Part shown: positions 1 through 9,000 of the stretch, piece after piece
Position numbering within the stretch: the stretch's first letter is position 1
How the letters are laid out: each line of letters starts with the position of its first letter
Virus record (IMG/VR): IMGVR_UViG_3300025277_002331
Span: 1-64,000 of that record
From: an uncultured virus (IMG/VR IMGVR_UViG_3300025277_002331)
Lineage: Duplodnaviria; Heunggongvirae; Uroviricota; Caudoviricetes
DNA: 64,000 nucleotides
Reading direction: 5' to 3' (one strand)
Translations under genes and position numbers: made by a program
Notes under the pieces: generated by a model
What the model saw: the letters and a program-made list of their open reading frames with translations, nothing else
Told to the model about the DNA's origin: nothing
The model's database searches: none

Positions 1-1
1 C

Positions 2-3000
2 TGGACAGAAAGACAGAGGGAAATACACGAGGTTGGCAATATTACACGAGGGGAACGGTCTGCGGATGTAAATTTAGCCATGGAAGTTGGGCGGCCTAGT
101 TACGGTGAAGACATCTCGGATGAGCTAGGTAAAGAGCGTTACCAGAGAAACGTTAGAATGGCCGGGCGATATGAAGAGCGTTTTAAAGAAGCCGCTAAGC
201 CAATAACATATGGTGGGACTTTATATACTGGGTTTCATTCAAATAGGCTCCAGCTTTTCGGAGAAAGCTTGGGATTGAGCAGGGCAAAAGTGCTTGCAGG
301 AGATGCATTTAGTGCTGGTGATTGGGTGGGTGTTAATCGTGCCAAAGGAAAGACTTTCGGTAAGCAGAGAAAGGAACAAAAGGAGTTAGGGGAAAAAAGG
401 TTCTACGGAAGAACCCAAGAAGGCGCCCCGCCAGAGATGTGGGAAGGCACTCTAAACGACCCCAGAGTGTGGGAGGAGTTAAAGGGAAAAACCGGGATGA
501 TGAGAGGAATTGTTCATACTAGCAAAAGCCAGAAGCAAGCCAGCCGCCAAGATTTTACAATGGACTTTGGTGGTGTTATGGCAATTAGAGGGGCAAGGGG
601 TAAAAAGGGTTTTGACCTAACAGCTAAAGATGCTGGAGGTCGGTATACTGGGAGTCAGCATTATAGTGGTGGTGAACAGGAAATACAATTTCTGGACCCG
701 AAATTTAGAGTCCTGTCAGCGTCGGAGGGTCCAGATTTTAGAGGTAGTCCGGGTCTTAGAGGTAAGGACATCGGCGCAAAAGATACAAATCCTTACATAA
801 AGGCGATAATGCTCAACAGAGGGGGTAGAATAGGGTTCAATGATGGGGGAATGGCGGGAGAACACTACTTTGTTTCTTCAGACTCGGAAGCATTTATATC
901 GTGGAAAGATGTAAATAGCTTTATGCAAGAGATTGCAGCCAGCGACAACAACCCTAAGATAAACTTCGTTGCTGGGCCGTCTGGTGCTGGTAAGAGTTTT
1001 GCAACACGCAATCTGTCCATGATTAAAGACAGGGCAAAGGCTGCTAAAGAGGCGAGGGCGTTTACTTTTGAGTTTGGTGGAACAAAATTTGAAAACATGG
1101 CTGACCTTGTGGGTCGTACCAAGCGTAGTGGCGGTCAGGGGTACTGGATAAAGACATCAGATGAAACAGTTACGTCACAAAGAGCGAGCAGGTTGGCGGC
1201 ACACCAGCCAAGCGCAAGAGACAAAAGACCTATTGGACAAATGAAGGGCGCAAGCAGGGGCGCCCCATTGCCTAGCGACCCCAAAACTACCGGGCTATTA
1301 GCCGAACTGGAGAGGGCGTATCCGGGGCTTAGAAAGGTTACCAGCGAAGAAGTGCAGCTATTGAAGACTGGTGGTATGGCAGAGTTGATTCCAAAGGATA
1401 AGAGACCGTATATGAGCGCTAAGCTCTCTAAGTCTCCTCAAGTGGTTATCGAGCACGCTGGTGAAGAACTGCCGGATGAGGTGGCCGACGAAGCAGGTCT
1501 AATGGCTCGTTTTATGGCCAACGCAACGATGCCTAAAGGTATGAAGAAACGGCCAGCTAATTGGCCTAAGATTGGCGAAGAGTTCCTGAAAATAAGAGGG
1601 ATTGTACAGACAGAAGACCCATATAAGGGGTTTCATATTAGGCAGACTTACCCCATGCAACAAAAGTATAGGGGTCAGGGCTGGGGAACTGGTGGGTACG
1701 CAACATTGGCCAAGATGATGGACTCTAGAGGATTCCCCGGATTTTATAGCGATAGAAGCACCAGCCCTCAAGCAAGCATGGTATGGGACAACCTTCAGAA
1801 ACACTATCCCGACATATTCCCCAACGGAATAAAACTACTTAATCCTGATAGTGTTAATAGATTGAAGGGTATAAGAGAAGATAAAGCTAGAGGTCAGACT
1901 GAAGCGGTTCGCGGGGGAAAATTTAGAGGAATGGCCGGTTCGGACGGTGACCCTGTATTTGGTACTGAGTTCAGAAAAAAGTTTGCAAAAGGTGGCGCGG
2001 CAGGAACAGACACCGTTCCCGCGATGCTGACGCCGGGCGAGTTTGTTATTAACAAGAGGTCTGCTGAATCTATTGGTTATGGCAAGCTCGGTCAAATGAA
2101 TAAGGCTGGTAAGTTTGCTTCAGGCGGTCCTGTTGGTTTTGCTCATTTTAATGATGGTGGACCTGCTGTAGCAGGAATTCCAGCTAGCTCTAGAGGAACC
2201 ATGGAAGTTGGAGCCAATATAGCAATTTTGTCAACTACCCTAATGGGTGTAATAGGGTCAATGGTTAAGCTTGAAGGTCAAACCAAAAGAACTGTTGACA
2301 CGATTACATCGGCAGTTATGCAAATAGGAATAATGACACTAGCGTTTAAGGCTATTGGCGGGTCTATGGGCAATCTTGGTTTGCATATAATAAGAAGTTC
2401 GGCAGTAAGAAAAAGAGCCTTAAAGATAGAAAAGAATTTAATAGAAAGACATCTGGCATTAGGGAAAAGCCTTGAAGAAGCAAAAAAGGCTGCGGATTTA
2501 AGAATGGGTGCTGGGGGTATAACGCCCGCGAAACATCAGGGTCTTTTTGGAGGTGTTAGAAAATTTGGAGGAGAAGCGCCTATAAGAGCAAAGAGGGCAT
2601 TTGGAAGATTTGCAGCAGACCCCAAAGGAGCAATGAGAAGGGGGGCAACGAGTCTGCTAGAGCCGAATGAAAAACTTGCAACCGTAGCCATGACCGTAGC
2701 GGCAGCGGCAATAGCAGGCCTAACTGTTGCTCTTAGCAAGATAGGGGAGCAGTTTGAAAAGGTTAGAGATGCTGCTATAGAAACTGGAAATGCTAGCGAG
2801 GCTGGGTCGGCTGCGGTTGAAGTTTTCAACACACAGATGAAGAAACAAACCGTGATGGCGGCAGCGGTAGCTGGTGCAGCCATAGGAAGCTTACTTGGAC
2901 CTCTTGGAACCGCCGCTGGGGGAATTGCTGGAGCCGCGCTTGGTTCTGGCGGCAGTATGGGGCCAACCAGACGAGACAAACTGGTAGGAAAAGAAAACCC

Positions 3001-6000
3001 TCTAATTGGATGGCTCTTCGGTGAAGGAGCAATGGCGCCAGTGGAACCGGAAAAGGTTCGTAATCCGATAACCGGCGTTAATGAGACGGTGGCTGTTAGG
3101 GGAGCAACCCTTCCAAGAACTTTAGGGGAAGCAATTGTAGATGAGTTTAAAGATACAATGAATTTTGTTCAGCAGCAGCTTGGAATTGCGGGGGCTGGTA
3201 GAGCAATGACGACTCCTGAAAAGGAGGCGCGGGCTAGGGGGGAATCTGAAGCCTTAGCAGATATACAACGAACAGTTTTAGAGTCCAGAAGAGCCGAGCA
3301 AACAGCACAGCAGTTGACGAGTATTGGAGGAGAGCCTGCCCAGAGACAGCTTTTAGGTGCTCAATTAGAAGTTATCAGAAAACAAGAGGTGATTGTTAAT
3401 AAAGTTCTAGCCGAGATTGACAAAATAGATGTAGAAGAAAAGAGAACAAGCACTCTAAAAAAAGCTGAAGATGCACAGAAGAAACAAACTACGGCAACCC
3501 TATCTGGAGTGCAAGCTTTATCGAAATATATTAAGCAGCAGTTGGATGCCGGAAAGACGTTGGGCCAGATAGCAGTTCAGGATATTCGAGGACAAACAGT
3601 TAGTCAGCTTGTTAATCAATATACCAAAGCCTTATCAGACTCTACCAAAGAACTCGGTAAACACGGACTCAAGACGGGTGAAGCTAGAAAGACACAGGGG
3701 GAATTCATAACGCTTATGCTAGACCCGCTGCGTTTATATCAGATAAATGTACTCAGGGCTAGTGAAGCAGTTAGGACGGCAGGAATAGAATTTGATAGAG
3801 TTCAGAAAGAAATTAAGCTTCTAGATGTAGTGCTTTCCAATATAGTAAAAGCCGGTGAGCAGATGCGGATATTCTCTTCCGCAGTTCGAGACTCAATCGC
3901 CATGATTAGTGGAAGGGTGTCCGCAACTGAATTTGTGGGACAAAAAATTGATTTTGGAATGAAGAAGCCTGTTGATGCCCCCTTGCTTAAAGAAGAGTCC
4001 GAGAAGTTAGGCAAGATATTTGGCTTGGAAGACCTGAGCGAGAGATTTGGTAGTGTTATAGACACATTTGATAACTTTGAGACTAAGATTAGAACAGCCT
4101 TTAAGGAGTCTGCGCACTCAGTAATAGATGGAGGAAAAGATTGGAAAACGAGGCTGCTGGGTACACTAGGCGAAACCTTTGGAACCATTAAAGATAAGGA
4201 ACTACGAGAAAATCTGATAGCCAGAGCAAATGAATTAATAGTTAGAGCAACTGAGAAATCCGGTACGCTTGCCCCAAGAGTTGCTCACGATATAAAGCTG
4301 AAACTCTTAAAAGAAGCGGAGCATCTGGTAAGGCCGTTCCAAGAGGCGACAAAGTTTCTAAATAAAGAAGTGGACAGATTTATTAAGGGTTACGCCGCAG
4401 CCCTTAACCAGCAGGTAACTTTTATTAAGAAGGTTTCAGATATAAGTACTCTAGAGCTTAGGGCTAGACAGAGAGTAGCGAAAGCCGAGGCTGGGATTGG
4501 ACCCGGAAGAGAGATGACAATGGCCGAAGCGAAGAGCTTCGGAATAAAAAAGCGAAACGTTCTTCTAGCTGGAACTGGTGCTGCTGGACAAAGTGGAAAT
4601 ATCGGGGCGGTGTTCAATAGGGCTTCGGCTGTTATTTCTCAAATACAGAGACAAAACGCATTGGCCGAAAGGGCGGAATCAAGAGAAACACAACTAATAC
4701 ACAGGAAGAATGCTTTAAATCTAAAGTCTGAGTTTGCAAGACTGAAGCAGACTATTAAGTCTTTTGGTGACGTGGTAGCTCAGGTTCAGGTTATTGAAGA
4801 AAGACTGTCGAAAGTTAGGGGAGAAAGAGAGGCTAGAAGGGGCTTCGTAAAAGACTTTGCTTTTGGTGGCAACCAACAAAGACAGCAAATGTTTATGGCC
4901 CGTCAGGCGGTAATGTTTGCGTCCAGAAATCAAAACGTGAACGTGATTCCAGAGCAGTTTCGTTCGGAAGTTAGAAATCTGCTAGACAGGTTCAGAGATG
5001 TAGCGCTGCCAGAATTTGGTGGAAGAACCGGAGATGAGCTTTCCAAGATTCTAGAAGCCAACTTGATGAGACAGGCTGGAGCCAGCGAGAGAATGATTAA
5101 TGCTGTTCTTCAGGAAATGCCAGAAGAGCGTACCCTAATTAACGAACTTAAGGTCTTAGGATTACAAGAGCAGCAAGCCGCGCTTGCGGGCTTGGCACTA
5201 GAATCAGAACTTCAGGGAGACTTTTTTGACAGAATAAACGGGTGGGCCGACAAGCTGGACTCAATACTTTCGGGAGGTCTTTCGATAGATTTTACTACCG
5301 TGGGAGGAGGAAAGCTTGGTGGAAGACAGCATGGGGGAATTGAGGGAGTAACTCCAAAAAGACGACCGGGACCAAATGATAAGATTCCTATTCTTGTAGC
5401 GCGTGGAGAGGGAATTATATCATCAAAAGATATGGCTCGTCCAGAAGTGGTAGCTTTCCTAAAGGGAGCGGGAGTTTCTGGTTTTCAAGGGGGAGGTCCA
5501 GTAGCTGGTTGGAGAGGGATTGTTAATCAACGGAATCAACATCAACAACAACGGGGTCAGCAGATGAATTCTCTAATGAGAGAATACATCATGAAGGAAA
5601 TGCAGAAAAATGCTAACAAGCAGGCCCAGCTAAGAGGTCAGACGGGTGGAGGAGGAAGAGCACCCATAGGCGGTAGAGACCCCAACCTAGGGTTCGGTTC
5701 TAAAAGAAAGTTTCAAAATTACAGGAAGGGCTTTAATAAGAGAAGGGCGTCAATCGCCAAGGATAGGATGAGATTCTATAACAATCCTCTTCGACAAGGG
5801 CCAATGGCTGGGCAAGCGGGAGTTGGAGACCTTTTCTGGGCAGATAAAGACCCGGCTTCCATGACCCCCAAACAAAGATGGAGGGCTGGTTTTGGAAGTC
5901 AGTCTGGTGGTCGTATTGGTAGTAGTCCTTGGGGTGCACCTCCGGGTGTTACCTCTGATGAACACAAAAGATGGCAACAAACACAAGCCGCTAATGCATT

Positions 6001-9000
6001 GCAAAATCAACACGCCCAGCAAGCAGCCGGTGGTCACGCGCCGCCACGTTCTAGTGTAACCACTCCTAGAACAAGAAGGCTTTTTAAGCACGTAAATCGA
6101 GCCTTAAATAATGGTGATTTGCGAACGGCGCAAAGACACCTAAGAAGAATTCCTGTCAACCATCCGTCACACAACATATATAAGAATCTTGTACAGAAAT
6201 ATCAAGCACAACCCGACCTACTGGAGGATAGGCGGCAAAAGACAGAAGAGAGACGCAATAGAGGCAATAGAGGCAATAGAGGCAAAACGACAACACGTAT
6301 TCCGCTGGTGGGCGCGACTAACGCAAAGCCTCCCAAAAAGCCTGTACAAGTAAGCAAGCAGAAGACAATGGGGCAAAAGTTTTTGGCAACTGGGCTTTGG
6401 AATTTAAAGCCTAACAATAAGGGTGACCTCGAGTTATTTGGTCCGGGCGGTTGGCCACTGACAGAGACACAGTTACAGCAAATTTACGGACTTAAATTAT
6501 CTGATTTTGTTAATTCTGATATTCATATAAAAAGGCAGACAGACAAGGTCGACGCCTCAATGAGAGAGAGTCGTACCACAAAAAGAGTAGAGAAAAAGGC
6601 GCCGCCAACCTCCGAGGAAATTATAGAACAAGCGAAAGTTAGACAGCAGAGAAAGACGGCTGAAGATAAAGCCAAGGCTCAAAGGGCTTATTTAAAGCTA
6701 ACTCAAAGTAAGTGGGTCAAGGAGAATACCGCCAGTCCGGCATCGATGCTGGGCGGCGCCCGAATCGAGGGCGAGAGTTTTGGACGGCAGAGAGTTTCCT
6801 CCATGGTAAAAGACCAGAGTTCTGTAATTCAGGATGACTTGCATGGGTTGGTGAATGTAACACTCAAAAGTAAGGATATGAAAGACGTTCCTGTTGGCGA
6901 CATTGAGAATATAGCTCACGAACAACAGAAAAAGATTGAGTCGACACGGAAGAAGATGCATAAATTTGTTGCTGACACAACGAGGGAGGTGCTGCCGCCA
7001 GAGCTTCAGAAGATGCTAATCGACGAAACCGGCAATCTGAGAACTGCGAATCTTGGTAAGATTAAATATGCAGAGGGTCCAGATGGCAGCGGAAGAATGA
7101 TTCCCACAGAGGGGCATATCAACTCTGCTATTATTAAACAACTGCTGGACGTTCATAAACAGATGGCGGCCGGAATTGAAGCAGGAAAAGACCAAACAAA
7201 ACCCATGAAGCTTAATGAGCTTAGGGAATCCTCTAGGTTAAATATAGCTGAATTAACCAGATATTTTGAACAAGCGTCTCTCGCAGAAGAAAACTTGAGG
7301 GGCATGCAGGGTGCTGCAAAATCTAGTGCTCAAATTAAAAGTTTGAAGGCTCAATTTGAAAAGGAAAAAGGTCTAGTTGGAGTGTTTGGAACCACTGACC
7401 AAAGTGTTGACGAACGCAGCGGTGGAAGTACGGCTGGGCGAGCAATAGACCTTTGGCTTACAAACGTAACTCAAAAAGCGCACAAGGGAGTAGTTGGTGG
7501 AATCGGCATGGTGGGTGGAACGGGAGCAGCGGTTGTGGGGGGCTTGGGGGGACTTGGAATGGACGCGATTAATGCGGCCATTTCTCTCCCTGATACTGTC
7601 TCGTCCTTAGCGAGTGGATATTTTGGTAAGGATGCAATACTTGTTGAAAATATTAGACGGGGGGCGGAAAAAGCCGGAATAAGTGAAAAGAAGTACGCAA
7701 CACAACAAGGCAAACTTGGACTATGGAGAGAGGCTACAGAAAACAGAAACATAGACCTTATGGAAGGTACGAAAAATATAAGGGCTGCGGGTGGAGTTGG
7801 TGCAAGATATGCCTCAGCGTCAGGAAAAGATTTCTTTGATTTTGCTAGGTCGTTTATTCCGGGGCTTGCCACGGGGCCGGAAGCTGGAGTGTATTCAGCA
7901 GCACAAAGAGAATTCAATAAAGACCGAGATTTGATGGCAGAAAGGGCTGAACTAACAGGAAGTGACCTTGACTTGTTAATGAAGCACGCCTTTACTGGTC
8001 TTGGACGCACTAGTGATGTCGCTGGTGAAGGGGCCGCAATGTTTGCAACTGGAGGAAGCGAGAGTCTAAAAGTTGGGGCCGGTTGGGGTTGGCTTCAGAA
8101 ATTAGAGAAAGTAAAACAGGTAAAAGTCTTTCGGAATCTTGTCAATACTGCGAAGGCCAGCAAAGCAGGTAAATTGGCTGGGAAGGGAAGAGCATTAGGG
8201 TCGTCAAAGAAGTACCTTGAGGCTATCAACGCGAATGAAAAAGCAAAAGAGATATTGACTGGTATAGGTGGCGTCGCATTTGATACCGGCATGTTCCTGC
8301 CTCGGGTAGGCGGGGGAATTTTAAAGGCATTAGATGACCCTGAGTTATTCCCAGCGATATTCGATTTAGTGAAGAGCGGCCTGAAGGGCGGCGCGAAGAA
8401 AATAGATGAATCTTGGCTTGGGAATTTGTTAAAGTCAGCGGATTCTGATGCAGACATACTAGCGCAACTTAGAACAGCAACAGCCGCTCCTGCCTCAGAA
8501 GCTGCTGTGACCGCTAGCAGGGGTGCTGCGGCGACCACTGGCAGAGGTGCTGCGGGTATACATGTACCGTTTAGCGGGTCGTTGCCCGGTGCTGCTTTGG
8601 ATGCGACCAAATCAGTTGGGACATTCATTAAAAATGTGACAATGCCATTTCATAGTCCGAAGCGAGCATGGAGAGGCGCTCTTAACTGGATGCAGGAAGG
8701 CATGGATGCAGCGAGACTAGACCTTCCAAGAGGCGGTCTGGAAGCAGCTGTTAAAGCAACTGAAGACATAGTGACTGCTCCAAGAGCCGGAATGCCGGGA
8801 ACAACTGCGGGCGAGAGACTGCTGGCGAATATTTCGGAGGGGTCAGGTTTTGGGGCGAAACTTGATGACATTGGTAGTCTGCTTGCCGAAACGGGGAGCG
8901 GGGCAGATGAGGCGACGAGGTGGGCGCAAATAAGACTTGACGATTTCCTTGAAAACGCCTATAAAGCTAGTGACAATGTAAGTATAGAACAAGCTAGAAA

